Shown here one piece after another: positions 1 to 12,869 of a stretch of DNA of 64,000 nucleotides. The translations under genes were made by a program, and so were the position numbers. The notes beneath the pieces were generated by a model. The model was not told where the DNA came from and made no database searches. It saw only the letters and a program-made list of their open reading frames with translations. The stretch covers positions 21,578,001 through 21,642,000 of the forward strand of contig NC_087437.1 in assembly GCF_036321535.1 (NCBI RefSeq), written 5' to 3'. Every line of letters begins with the position of its first letter. The first letter of the stretch is position 1. Source of the DNA: Camelus dromedarius (taxonomy: Eukaryota).

Positions 1-99
1 ATTCTCTTGGAATTTGTAACTGGATTTGGTTATATTGTAAATTTAAGTCATTGTCCCTTGCTTTAATAGTTGTTAACCAGTCTTTCACTTCATACTAAC

Positions 100-1340
100 T
101 TTCATTTGCAAATAATTTCAAACTATTAAAAAGTTGCAAAAATAAAAACAGGTCAAAGAACACTAAAAACATTCACTCAGATTCACCTGTTGTTAACATT
201 TTACTCCATTTACTTAACATTTGTGCTTCATGTGTGTATTTACTTACATATAATTACTTTTCTGAACTTCTTGAGGGTATATTGCATATATCAGGTCCCT
301 TACCCCTAACTATTTTGGTGCATATTTCCTAAGAAGAAGGATATTTTATTATATAACCATGGTACAGTTATTAAGTACATAAATTTATGACAATATTTTT
401 TCTAATCTACTGTCCATATACCAATTTTGTCAGTTGACCTAAAAATGTCCTATATTTATAGAAAACTCTTTACTCTCTCTACTACAGGATCAGGTTAGGA
501 TCAGATACTGCATTTAGATGTCATATCTCTTTAGCCTCCTTTAATCTAGAATATATCCAGAAACTTCCTTTGTCTTTCATACACTGACATTTTGAAGAAT
601 ACAGTTCATTCCTCCCTCTCTACCTTGCCTTAAAAAAAATTCTTCATTTTGGATTTTTCTGATGCTTCCCTGTGATGAGGTTAAGGTTATATATTCTCAG
701 CCAGAATAGTGCAGAGGGGATGAGTCCTTTGTAGGGTATCCCATTTGGAGGTACGTGATGTTTATTTGTCCTTCACTGTGATACTAATTTTGATCATACA
801 ATCATATGTTGCTCAGTTTCTTTACTGTATAGTTACAGTTTTTGCTTCCCTTGCAACTAAATAGCCTGCAGGGAGACACTTTCTACGACCATGAAAATAT
901 CTTGCTCCTGATCAAAAATCCCCCTTTGATTTAGCTTCCAATGATGACTGTTGTCTGATGCAATCTATATCATAACTATTGTAAAATGATGGTATTCCAA
1001 CTCCTCCACTTCCTCCACATTTGCCCTAGACATGATACTATAAGCAAAAGCCATTCCCTTCCCCATTTATTCACCTTTTATTATCACTTTGGAATTATGC
1101 ATTCCTATTCCCCACCCGCAATGGTTTTTAACACACTAAGAACTTGGTTATTTTGGTACTCAAAACAGTCCCCGATTTGGCTGGTAGAAGTCTCTTCAAC
1201 CTGGTTCCTGTTTTTATGTGATGTGCTCCGATCATTCTTTTGAGCACCTCCTTGCTCCCCTGTATAACGTTTTAGGCTTATCTTGTACACGTCCTGCACC
1301 AGCCCTGTAATCAGTCATTTCTCTGAGAAGCCTGGTTCTA
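100..1340 (-). mobile_element. Ancient L1 3' region (L1MC-like)
   Basis: Shares degenerate motifs with 53612-54545 and 40330-41350 (e.g. aatcagtcatttctc); family from memory, boundaries approximate. Confidence 0.55.
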
Positions 1341-1547
1341 CTAAAAAAGAGATCAGAATTTGAATTTTTTCCCACCACCTCCTGATCCCAACGTTTTCAA
1401 GACTAAATATATGTAGCTATGTGTTTACAAATTAGATGAATGAATTCTTTCCTATTTTTTTCCCTTCAGTATTAAATTTTTACACCTGAATGAAGAGAAG
1501 TTAAATTGACACCAGAAATTTAATTAGTAATAATAAGAGAAACTAAC

Positions 1548-1661
1548 TTCTCCAGTGCATCCATAATAGGGTGTTCCCAGCATAAAGACCATACTTCTAG
1601 GAGGAAATAAGTCATCCAATGTTTTAATATTAGAGAAGCGAGAGTCAAAGGCTCGGATGTC
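1548..1661 (-). CDS. XRN1: XRN1 exon 22 (DIRAFDSRFSNIKTLDDLFPPRSMVFMLGTPYYGCTGE); gene continues beyond window start
   Basis: In frame; donor GAA|gttagt; 114 nt; cumulative CDS 2613 nt. Confidence 0.96.
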
Positions 1662-1879
1662 CTATGCAGAATGAAATATAAAAGTGAATCATCACAGTTA
1701 AAATTTTCATAGATTGCATATCAAGTATTTTTCCTACACAATTATGACGATGCTGTCTACCAACACCAAATGTAAAGATTTCCTACATAACAATACTAGT
1801 AGTCAAAATTTACTATCTGCTCACACGCCAGACACTCTTCTAGGTACTTCACTTCAAGACAACCCTCTGTGGCAGAGAC

Positions 1880-2000
1880 TATCACTAGCCCCATTTTATA
1901 GATAAGGAAACTAAAGCACAGAAAGAAGGTGAATCTTGCCCAAGGTCATATAGCTAAGAAATCAACTCAGTCTGTGCTCTTAATCGCTATGCTATACTGT
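1880..2000 (-). mobile_element. MIR SINE core
   Basis: cccattttatagataaggaaact...ttgcccaaggtcata. Confidence 0.7.
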
Positions 2001-2341
2001 TTTCCCAAAAGTATAGGATCACCACATGTTTTAAAAAAATGTTGTCCCCTTACCACATCTAAGATTGCAAACACAAAAGCAAATGCTTTTTGTATTTACT
2101 AATTTATTTAAACCAAACTTTTTTTGAGAATAAAATAAACTTTCTTAACAATGAGTGTCTAAGCATGTAATACTCCTTTTAAAGACTGAAGCATTTTGCA
2201 AACTACATTAAATAATAATCTCTATTATATACTGCTGCATTAGTCTTTTATTCATAAATAAATATTTAATATGATATACTTTTATTTATACAGTGTGCAA
2301 CAGTTACGTTAAGATAGAATTGAGATCTGATGGAGACTTAC

Positions 2342-2504
2342 TTTTACAACAGTTTGATAAACAAATGGAAGAACTTGTTTTGACCACTGTTTCTGTAGAC
2401 GAACTTCACCATTTTGATTTATTTGATATTTACGACCTGTAAGTAACTGACCGTATATGACTGCAGACGTTTCATTTATTATTATTCCCTTTCTTCTCAG
2501 GTAG
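2342..2504 (-). CDS. XRN1: XRN1 exon 21 (YLRRKGIIINETSAVIYGQLLTGRKY...VYQTVVK)
   Basis: Matches ORF track 2309..2527; 163 nt. Confidence 0.96.
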
Positions 2505-2729
2505 CTAAAAGAATTAAAAAAATACATAGATGTGCATGAGTGTGTATACCTCTATGATGATAAACATCAAACTACCAACTTTATAACTAAATATTTAAAT
2601 AACTTTAAATAAATATGCTAGCAGTTCTGAATAGTACCTAACTTAAGACTTTTTGCACTAGTTGCTTTCCTCTGTGGCTACCTTTCCCAATGTCTGTAAG
2701 ATTAAATAAGAATTCACAGAAACTCCTGT

Positions 2730-3260
2730 ATTTCATACCCATTAGGCTGGCTGTAACAAAAAAAAGCACAAACGATAAGTGTTGGGAAAGATGTGGAGAA
2801 GCTGGAAAACCTGTACATTGCTGATGGGAATTTAAATCAGTGCTGCCACTATGGGGAAACAGTTTGGCAGTTTTTCAAAAAGTTAAAACACACAATTGCC
2901 AAACAACCCAGGAATTTCACTTCTAGGTATATAACCAAAGACCTGCATATAGGCACTCAAACAAATGTTTATAGACAAATGCTCATAGCAGCACTATTCA
3001 TAATAGAAAAAGGCGGAAACAACCCAAATATCCACCAACAGATGAATGCATAAACAAAAGGTGGTATGTATATCCATACAATTGAATATTCGGCCATAAA
3101 AAGAAATAAATACTGATATACACTATGCGTACAAACCTCAAAAACATGCTAAGTGAAAGAAGCCAGACACAAAAGGTCACATATTATGTGATTTGATTTA
3201 TATGAAACATCCAGAATAGCTAAATCCAGAGAGACAGAAGATAGATTGACAGGGAGGGGC
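2730..3260 (+). mobile_element. L1 3' region (L1MB-like)
   Basis: ORF 2793..3053 resembles the L1 ORF2 C-terminus; typical aaaacatgctaagtgaaagaagccagacacaaaagg. Confidence 0.8.
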
Positions 3261-3286
3261 ATTCAGTGGGCCTTTTCAGTCTAAAG

Positions 3287-3493
3287 CAGGGGTTGACAAC
3301 TATGGCCATGGACTACATCCAGGCTCCTGTTCTTATAAAAAAACTTGTTGGAACATAGTCATTCATTTATTTAATGTCTATGGCTGCTTTTGTGATTCAA
3401 CAGAGTTGAGTAGTTGTGACAAAAATTGTGAAGTCTACAAAGCCTAAAGTATTTTCCATCTGGCCTTTTATAGAAAACATTTATTGACTCTTG
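3287..3493. mobile_element. hAT-Charlie MITE (MER58A-like)
   Basis: CAGGGGTTG...GACTCTTG termini; 8-bp TSD-like GTCTAAAG / ATCTAAAC. Confidence 0.75.
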
Positions 3494-3823
3494 ATCTAAA
3501 CATACAATCATTCTTCATCTGAGGGATGTTTTCTTACCTCCTTCCATTTTCTCTTTCTAGAACTCCTATCAGATACTAGAAACTCTGACCATATTATTTT
3601 CAATAATTTGTGCTTTTTGCACTATGTGCTGAAGGAATCCCTCAGTTTGATCTTTTAGCTCACTGATTCAATTTTCAGTATGCCCATATTCCTATTCAGA
3701 CCCTAGAGTGAGCTCATTATAAAAATCATAATTTTAATTTTTGTATATATGCTTATGCATAAATATATGTATTACATAATATATATTATATATAGTTACC
3801 TATATAGTTAAGTAACATTATTT

Positions 3824-3848
3824 TATATATATATATATATATATATAT
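3824..3848. repeat. (TA)n microsatellite
   Basis: Read directly. Confidence 0.9.
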
Positions 3849-4872
3849 GTATTTTATATGGCAAAATTACAATTATGGTGACAAAAGCAGGTATGTTCCC
3901 CACCCTCATGGAGTATACTATCTACAAAAAGAGTCATTAAACTAATCATAGACATGAATGTATTACGATGATTCTATTTATGTGCTATAAAAGAAAATTC
4001 AGAATGTGAGCTATGATGAGGTGTCTAACTTAAACTATTGGGAAGCAAAAATATGCCCAACCTCTACCCCTGACAGCTATATTTATCTCCTTCTTTCATG
4101 CTAGATGGCTTTTCATGGTCTTTTTGCATTTTTTCTATTTACACATATTTGAATAAGGATATTATGGCCTGGTGTTAGCTCCAAAATTACAGAAGAGGTA
4201 TATTCTTGAATTCTCCATTTATCAATGTTTGCTATTACAGTTTAAACAGGACGGCTGATGGACATACATTTATAACACCATTTCATGTGCTACTGCCAAT
4301 TTCTATTATTTTATTTTGACTTAAGGAAAGTGTTTGGATGAAAAGTAAGAGGTATTGTTAGGATGAGATCATGGGACACAAAGCATCCTAAAAATCAGCA
4401 TTCCCAGGATGTAGGGCTTCTTAATTATTGGTTACTGAATTCAGGGGCCTACGTGTAGGGTGTAGGGTGGGTAGGGGAGTAGGGAGGGGAGAGGGTGAAG
4501 AACAAGGGAGAGTATTCCTTCCTTTTCTATTACTTACACGTAGCCAAGAAATTTAACGCCCTTAAGATTAGTAAAAATAACTCAAATTCAGGTAACTGTT
4601 TACTCCCAGTGTAAGAGATCACGTCTTTTCTTTCATTCTTTCTCTCTTTTTCTATACATCATCACGTATTTTAGTGACAAACTATAGTGACAGTTATAAC
4701 TGCTGCTAACCAGATTTTATTTTAAGCTAGAACATTACTTTTTTAGAACATAAAATAAAGATGCAGTCAGTAGTCAGAGTGATCACAATGTTAAGTGAAA
4801 AATAAGTTCAAGGATGAGTACATTAGACCACCACATTCTAGTTCAATATTAAACACTTTTTATGACACTCAC

Positions 4873-5004
4873 TATTCTGAAATTCCTTGTATTTCTTTTG
4901 TCCAGTTAGACTGTTCTTTGTCTCCAAGATGGACCACTTTAGATGGTGGCGCAGTTCTTCCCAAATAAAGCTTCTGTGTTCCTGGAGGTTCTTCCAAGTA
5001 AAAC
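4873..5004 (-). CDS. XRN1: XRN1 exon 20 (FYLEEPPGTQKLYLGRTAPPSKVVHLGDKEQSNWTKEIQGISE)
   Basis: In frame; donor TA|gtgagt; 132 nt. Confidence 0.96.
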
Positions 5005-5476
5005 CTTAAAAATTAAAATAAAATAAAAATTATATTGCCTCCAAATTAGTGGTTTAATACAGAGTTCCAATAGTGTGTCTTCAAAGTGAAGATTTCTACA
5101 TGGTATAATAGCAAAAAAAAAAAAAGAAAAAAAAGCCTCCCCTTTTTAAACTGTAATATGAATTTCAGAACAAAAACTTGTAAAAAATTTTAATCAAAAT
5201 TAAGAAGTAAATTACTATTCTTTCTCTTTAAGAATTTAAACTAAATACATAAGAAAAATATAAATTTTTAAAGAATGAAAAAATACTCTCAAATTCAATA
5301 AAGTATTTTTGCTAAAAAAGTTTAACTTGATTCTAATCAAGCCACTACATCAAACTTCTAGTTTACAGGAAATATGTGGGATGCAGGACCAACTTAAATG
5401 ACACTAAGAGAAAACAACCAGGTAAATCAGAATTCTACAAAATAACTGGCCTGGGCTCTTAAAAAAAAAGGCAGGG

Positions 5477-6493
5477 AGGTAAGCTCAGCCAGATCCTAGG
5501 AAATAAAATCAACACACAGAAATCAACTGTATTTCTATAAAATAGTTGGGGAAACTGAAATTTAAAACATAATAAAATCTATAGTTGCTCCAAAAAATTG
5601 TAAATACATAGATATAAGTCTAACAAAACATGCACAGGCTCAGTATGCTGAAAAAAACAAAACAGTGATAAAAGAAATCAAAGATTAAAATAAATGGAGA
5701 GATAAACGGAGATCCACTTGGATCAGAAAATTCAACATAGTAAAGATAGCAACTCTGTACAAATTAGTCGATAGGTTTATTACAACTTCTATCAAAATCT
5801 CTCCAAGATTTTTAGGTATAAAAATTTATTATACATGGAAAGGCAAAGGATCAAATATAGCTAAAACAATTATGAAAAAAAAAAAGGTGGAAGGAATCAT
5901 TCTCCCTAAGGTTAAGATTTACTACATAGCTACAGTAACAAGATAAGGTATGGTGTCATAAAAATATACATACAGACAAATGCAACAAAATGCAGAATCC
6001 AGAAATAGATCCACAGAAACACATTCAACTTACTTTTGATAAAGGTGTAAAACCAATCTAGTTTAGGAGGAAGGATAGTTTTTTCAACAAATAATGCTAG
6101 AGCAACTGAATACGCATAGGCAAAAATATAAATCTTGACCCAAACCTCATATCTTTTTTAAAAATTAATTTTGGGGGCAGGAGGGTATAGCTCAGTAGTA
6201 GAGTGTGTGCTTGGCATGCATGAGGTCCTAGGTTCAATTCCCAGTACCTCCATTAAAATAAACCAACCAACCAATCAACCTAATTCCCCCCCCAACCAAA
6301 AACCCCCAAACAAAAAATAAAAAAGAAAATTAATTCAAAATGGATCATGGATTTAAATGTAAAAGGAAGAGATAAAACTATAAAACTTTTTGAAGAAATA
6401 CAGGAGAAAATCTTCCAGACCTAGGGCTAGATGTAGAGTTCTTAAACCAAAAGCATGATCTGTAAGAAAAAAACTGATGAACAGGACTTTATC
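5477..6493 (+). mobile_element. Degenerate internal L1 ORF2 fragment, interrupted by a SINE
   Basis: A-rich L1 ORF2-like text (aatcaactgtatttctata, atggatcatggatttaaatgtaaaa, aggagaaaatcttc); no 3' UTR seen. Confidence 0.75.
6173..6325 (+). mobile_element. tRNA-Ala-derived SINE (Vic-1-like)
   Basis: GGGTATAGCTCAGT A-box, GGTTCAATTCC B-box, CCAGTACCTCC, A-rich tail; TSD AAAATTAATT at 6161-6170 and 6326-6335. Confidence 0.88.
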
Positions 6494-6511
6494 AAAAAGG
6501 CAGGGGAACTG

Positions 6512-6696
6512 TGGGGAGGGTATAGCTCAGTGATAGACTGCTTGCCTGTCTAACATGCACGAGGTCCTGGGTTCAATCCCCAGTACCTCCATTAAAAACT
6601 AAGTAAGTAAACCTAATTACCTCCCCTTGACAAAAAATAAATAAATAAAATGGCCAATTAAATTGTGGAAAGAAAACAATGGCTAAAAAAAAAAAA
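6512..6696 (+). mobile_element. tRNA-derived SINE (Vic-1-like) with extended 3' tail
   Basis: A and B boxes; perfect 18-bp TSD AAAAAGGCAGGGGAACTG at 6494-6511 and 6697-6714. Confidence 0.9.
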
Positions 6697-7528
6697 AAAA
6701 AGGCAGGGGAACTGAGTTCTGATGATTAAAAAAGAATGCTCAAGATTTCATACAGAAAAGCACCTACAAAGGAAAAAAATTCATACTGGCATTGACTTCT
6801 TGTTAACAAAATTATATGATAAAACACAACTGAGATATGTTTGTAGAGATCAGAGAAAAGAGGATTAGGCCTCTAAAATTCTAAACCTACATATGAGAAA
6901 AACAAAAAATCCACAACATCACCACATTTTCTTTGAAAAAAAAATCGCTTGAGAAAGTTCTAGACATGAAAAATAACAAATGAACAAGATATGAGACCAA
7001 GCTTACATGAAATAAAGGTAAAAGATGACAAACAGCTTGTCTAAATAATCATTAATAAAATTAATAAAATAATTATTAACTTGCAAAAATGTTAAGAAAT
7101 TATTTTTAAAATAGAAGATATGTTTTTAAAAATTAATGTATTATTTAAATGAAAACTGGGAGAAGCATGGAAAAAGGTAAGGTTATAAACGTTATTCATT
7201 CCTGTCAGAAAGAGAAATATACTTGCTAAAGAATATAATAATTGGTAGAAAAGAATTAGGATATAGAACTTCCAAGGTATTAAAAAAAAAAAAAAGAAGG
7301 CAAAAGGGGAAAAATAATATATGCATCTAAAATATATGCATCTCAAGGGATGTACAATAAACTGTCAATAGTGGCCGAACTTCAAATGGTGTGATTAGAG
7401 GACTTACATTTTTATTACAGAGTAAATATTTTACAATAATTATATCAGTTAAAAATATATGAATAAAAGCTATCAAATAGTAAAGTTCATATAAATTTAA
7501 AAAATTACATAAATCAAATCTTACTTAC

Positions 7529-7632
7529 TTAGTTTCTCCATCTGATACACCCACAATTCTAGCTTCTTCAAGATGGGGCCAATTAACAAAGACAGACTTT
7601 CCAAGCACTGAGGAAGCTATATTTTCTACACT
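7529..7632 (-). CDS. XRN1: XRN1 exon 19 (SVENIASSVLGKSVFVNWPHLEEARIVGVSDGETK)
   Basis: VNWPHL.EA motif; 104 nt. Confidence 0.96.
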
Positions 7633-8880
7633 CTTAAAGTAAAAGTAGAAAAGTTTTTTATTTATGTTTTAGGTCCGAGAGAAAATTTTACAGAGGCAAA
7701 ATTAAATAATTAAAAACTGCCTTGTGTTTATAACTGTGTACTTAAGATCTATAAAACCCCATTAATAATTAAAACAGATATAAAATATCACTTGCTCACT
7801 CAAGCCAATTATTCCCTATTAGTACCTGCTTTTCTCAGCTTTATTTCAACTTAATTATTCCACCCATTCAAATTCAGTTAGTTTTCTTAATTACTCTTCT
7901 CTAAGTTGTGCCTTTATTGCCAACTACTCTTTTTCTTTCTAGTACATTTTCCAGGATGTCTGTTCTTTTAAATTTTCTTCTTTCCTTTAAAAAAAATATT
8001 TTTCAGTTTTTTTTTTAACTATTTCCTTTCTTTACCCTTTAATTTATTATGAATCTGTGGAAGTTTACCAAGTTTACCTCTTCGTCTGCCAATCTCTTAT
8101 TGGAGGGGAATTAGGGCCAACTTACAGTATGTCAGCACTATAAACCTCATGATACTTAAGAAGCTTGATTTCCTTCTCGTTTTCTCAACAGCACTGGCAG
8201 TTATTAGTAAAGGTGGCCCACTGATTTTAATCCTGAATGAAATTACTTGGTGAGAAAACAGGTTTCAGTAAAATAAAACAGAAGAATACTGATGTATAAT
8301 GTGAGTATTACTGTCCATGATAATAGCTAACATTAGCGGAAAATAATGTTCAGTAAGAAACCTAGGTCCTTAGTTCTGCTGCTAACTAGCTGAGTGAATG
8401 CCCCTTTCCAATCTCCATTTAAGTTTCTTAATTTGTAAAATTAATGAGTTGGATAAGCTGCTTTACAAAATTCCATCTAGTTGTAAACTTCTTCGATTCT
8501 ATTTTATTCTCATGATTATCTTGTTTATTTTTCTCATGGAAACTGAGAAAAGTGAAAAGAACAAGAAGAGTTGTCTAGAAAATGGCTATTATTCACTATT
8601 TCGTATCAAATGTTCAGATAGGATAAAGCAGACTCTAAGAAATGTGATTTCATTTCAGTTTGTGGTTGGTATAATTACATAAGAACACAACTCATTTCAA
8701 GTTAGAAATCACAGGTCCAAAATTGGATTCTACCTCTTTTCAGCTATAGATTCTTATGCAAATCCTTTGATCCCACTGAGTCTGTTTTCTTTCATGAGAA
8801 GTTATAACATTTACCTCACAATATTTATTTAAGGATAAAATAATATCCACAAAAGTTTTTGTAAACTAAAAAATGCTGTA

Positions 8881-9228
8881 CAGTTGGCCTTCTGTATCCA
8901 TGGATTCCACACCTGCAGACTCAACCAACCACTGATGGAGAATATTTGGAAAAAAAAACTTCCAGAAAGTTTCAAGAAGCAAAACTTGAATTTGCCAAAT
9001 GCTGACAACTATTTACATAATAGTTACATAATATTTACATTGCATTTATAATTATTTATATTGTGTTACATAAGTAATCTAGAGATGATTTAAAGTATAA
9101 GGGAGCATGTGTGTAGGTCACATGAGAATACTACATCATTTTATATAAGGGACTTGAGCATCCACAGATTTTGGTTATCAGTTGGGGGTGCTCCCAGAGT
9201 CAATGCCCCATGGATAGAGGGACAACTG
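8881..9228. mobile_element. TcMar-Tigger MITE (MER2-like)
   Basis: TIRs CAGTTGGCCTTCTGTATCCATGG / CCATGGATAGAGGGACAACTG; TA on both sides; 348 bp. Confidence 0.85.
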
Positions 9229-11453
9229 TATAAATATTCTGTATGAAACAATACCTTATATAAAAATTCTTGAAAGGAAACATTATTATTATTACTATTA
9301 GTTAGACAACAACTTTGTGGTAGAAACTGAGTTGAAATATAAATTTTCATTCAATTTTTTCTGTTTATTATGCTTAATCATTACTAGCAAATATTTCTTT
9401 CACAACTAGAGATGGCTGTTTTTAGACTTTTGGGGCATAACTTATAATTTTATTTATTACATTTAGACATTTCTTAATGTGATCATACAAAAGAAGGACT
9501 ACTCTGATAAATAAAACAAGTTTTAACATTAGAACTAGGCTCCCTTAATTATCCTTTTCCTTTCTACTCATCTATTTCTAATTTCATTCTCCCACATTTT
9601 TCTTCATTTGAAGGAAAAGTTGTTCTCCTTTCCCAGATTACTCCTTTCCCTTTAGCCCTAGACGGAATCCCTCATTACTTCACATCCCTTCCCTCTAAAA
9701 TGCCTTTAAGACCTCTTTTCTTTTTCAGTTCTACCTCTCTTCTTTTGAATGGATTTGCTTAATGAGCTGTCTCTTCTGTACCTACAGTTATGACTTTAGA
9801 CTTCTTTTCAATGATAAACCTCTTAACCAAGGGCTTAAAATCTGCTACCTCTACTTTCCATCTAACTAGTCTCAGACCAGTCCTTAGAAACTGGACTTCT
9901 GCCTCCACCAATCTATTGGAATGGAGTTCTCAAAGGCCAATAATGATGCCCAAAGGACAAATTCACAGACCTTGTTTTAGTTTTCACTTTTCCTGAACTG
10001 TATGCTCCATCTACTCCATGCTTCCGTGATACTACCAAAAGTAGGAATCATTCTCTTACCTCTCTGAATGATTATGTCACTTATGAACACTATGTCACTT
10101 ATACTGGTTCCTTTTCCACTCTTTATACATGTAGGTATTTCTTCATGCTGGGGCCTTGAGCCCTCAAAGTCGCTTTTCTTCAGGCGATGAGCCCCAAGGC
10201 CCCAGTTATCACTCCCATGCTGATGACCTGTATATCCCTTCTTCCCTTCAAGCTCTAGGTCCAGGTATTGTGCGTAAGCTACCTTTCTCAACTGAGGTTT
10301 TTCATCTAAACTATAGAGCACAAAAAACAGTTTGACTATTTTCTCAATTCTCCCCAGGATGGTGCATAACTAGTACCATTCTAAATGCATTAAAGGTAAA
10401 TTTATCTATTATATACAAACGGATGAGAGGGCATTAGGGCTTAAATCTCTTGTGGAACCCTGTTAAGAAAGGCTGAGAGGGCAGCTCCAGTTAAATGTCT
10501 GAGTACCACCTTAAAATTCCATTATTTATCATTCAATCTCCTCAAACCAATGCCTCTTCCATTTTAAAATTCTTTATTCCAATAAACAACAGCAATTGTT
10601 TTCTAGTTAATTAGTCTGGATACCTCAGAGTCATAGTTAATTTTTTTTCTTTTCATCTCCTATTTTTGAACAAGTGATGAAACTTGTGAATTTCAGTGTT
10701 GTACACCTAGATCTATTACCACTTTAACAGTTTACGTCCTTATCACCTAAGGCGTCTACAGTCACAACCTCTGAACCTTTTCCATTTTCTTCTATTTCTC
10801 TTTTGTGCAGTTTAGTCTATTATATTGCCACCAATACCAAGTTCAAGATAACAGTTATGAAAAATAAGTCCAAACTCCTTAGCCTGGTATTCAAGGTCCT
10901 CCATAATCTGGCCTCAATCTGTTTTTTCAACCTTATCTTCCACTATTTCCCAACACAAGTCCTCTGCTTCAGTCAGGCTTATCTAATCCTTTTCCTCAAA
11001 TACATCACATTTATTCTAAAAAAAGAGAAAGGATTAAGAAAAATTTCAGACGTACAAAAAGGTTAAAAAGAATAAGATAATGTATCACATTTATTTTTCA
11101 CTATAATTCCCAGCTTATGTTATTCAACCGGAATACCTTTGTCCTCCTTTTCCCTCTTTGTGACAGTCTTTCTTTTAGCACCCAGCTCAAGCCTATTCTC
11201 ATCTAAAGGTCTGTACTTAATCTTTAGCCCTCACAGCCCACCTCCTTTTCAAAATTCCTAGAGCATTTTGTTATGCTCTTTATGTCACAATTATACATGC
11301 CCTTTAATTTGTGTACGTTTCCCTACTTCATCCTTATTTACTGTGAACTTCTGGAGTTACTACAGGTTATACCTCTTTGGTGAACACGCGGCAGCTAGAA
11401 CAGTTTTATGCATAACAAGCACCTAACAAATACATACTAAAGAAAATACGTAC

Positions 11454-11552
11454 AAGTTCATCTGATTCTGCATTCACTAAGATTTCCAACATCATGTTTT
11501 CTCCACGACTGCTTTGCTGGAATACTTGAACCCCACTCTTCTTCAAAAAAAA
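11454..11552 (-). CDS. XRN1: XRN1 exon 18 (FFLKKSGVQVFQQSSRGENMMLEILVNAESDEL)
   Basis: VF...SR motif; 99 nt; follows a 97-nt intron. Confidence 0.96.
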
Positions 11553-11649
11553 CTTTAAAAGAACACATAGAATTTAATTTTAATTCTTTCTCCATAATCA
11601 CTTTACCAGTCAATAAAGTGAAAAAACTGTGAACTAAAGAGTCACTGAC

Positions 11650-11770
11650 TTTGTGTCTGATGTGTTTCAAAGTAGGAAATCCACAGAAATATAATGCCTT
11701 CTGGTCAACCCTGGTTATTCTGTTCTTGCTTATGTCTACACGCCAAGCATCTAATGATATTATTTTATAC
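11650..11770 (-). CDS. XRN1: XRN1 exon 17 (YKIISLDAWRVDISKNRITRVDQKALYFCGFPTLKHIRHK)
   Basis: GFPTL motif; inside ORF 11458..11805; 121 nt. Confidence 0.97.
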
Positions 11771-11983
11771 CTAGAAAATAAAGAGGCATTTAATTTAAAA
11801 TTCACACATTACAAACAATCACAGTTTTCCAGCATTCTCTTCAGTATTTTGCAAGAGTTACCCTTGTTTTCAAACAAGGAAGTGACAATTTGTCCTTTAC
11901 TACAAAGAAAATACAGAGCAGCAGATTCTCTATTGATCCAGACACTACCATGCCAGTAGGATACTGAGTTGAAGTTTTCCCCA

Positions 11984-12019
<36 letters not shown>

Positions 12020-12699
12020 CACATAAATACAAAATGTTTAAAATAAAAAAAATAGAACATATAGAACATATTACAAATCTCTATATCCTATATGTTCCAA
12101 AACCCAGAATGGAAAGTAAACATTTTATAATGTCTATTTCATCTTTCTCTTTGCTTTAATGAAAGGAAAAATCATAACAGAGATTATCTTATCTGCAACT
12201 CAACTGCCATCTGGGTATTATTTGCAGGGAAGAGAAGAGAAGAGAAAAAAACAGAAAGACATTTTAATGAGGAAGAGAAAGAAGAAATGGGTTTGAGGCA
12301 AGGAAACAGAGGAGCTCTCTTCTTTTTTCCTTCTTTCCAGCTGAGTGGCTGAGGAGTATAAAAGGCAGTCATAGCATGTCAAATTATGCTGGGAGCAGAT
12401 ACTGGCAACGGAAACAAAAATTCACACATCCTCTCGAGGAAAAATACAGATATACACTAGGGAGGAAAAATTAAAAAAACAACTTTAACAGAAGATGGAA
12501 AGAGAGAAACAGAATCGGATCAAAGCAGAGAACTATAGAAACAACATGAGAGAGATGTTATGATCCTTGGCAAGTTGGGTATAATTCATTATCAACTGAC
12601 TACAGATGTCGTAAGTTATTTGTTAATTCTCCAAATAGATATTCAAAAGCATTTTTTTAAGCTCTTTGTTTTCGTTGAAAAATTATGAAACAACATTAC

Positions 12700-12869
12700 C
12701 TTGCACAACATTGTTCTATGGCAGGGAACTTTTCTGGCCATGGAGAAGGATAAATGAACTCTGTGTCACTATCATACCAGCACATTAGGCACTCGCTATG
12801 TTGATTTCTTTTCCTCTCTTCTTTTTTGAGGGAGTGGTTACATGTCTCCATGGCTTCCAATAATCGCTT
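12700..12869 (-). CDS. XRN1: XRN1 exon 16 (KRLLEAMETCNHSLKKEERKRNQHSEC...FPAIEQCCAR)
   Basis: In frame; AG/GT ends; 170 nt. Confidence 0.96.

Noticed and set aside
6173..6600. tRNA-Ala-like sequences (also at 35.3, 49.9, 55.1 and 55.6 kb) as tRNA genes
   Set aside because: They have A-rich tails, TSDs, a shared non-tRNA 3' segment and broken stems, so they are SINEs
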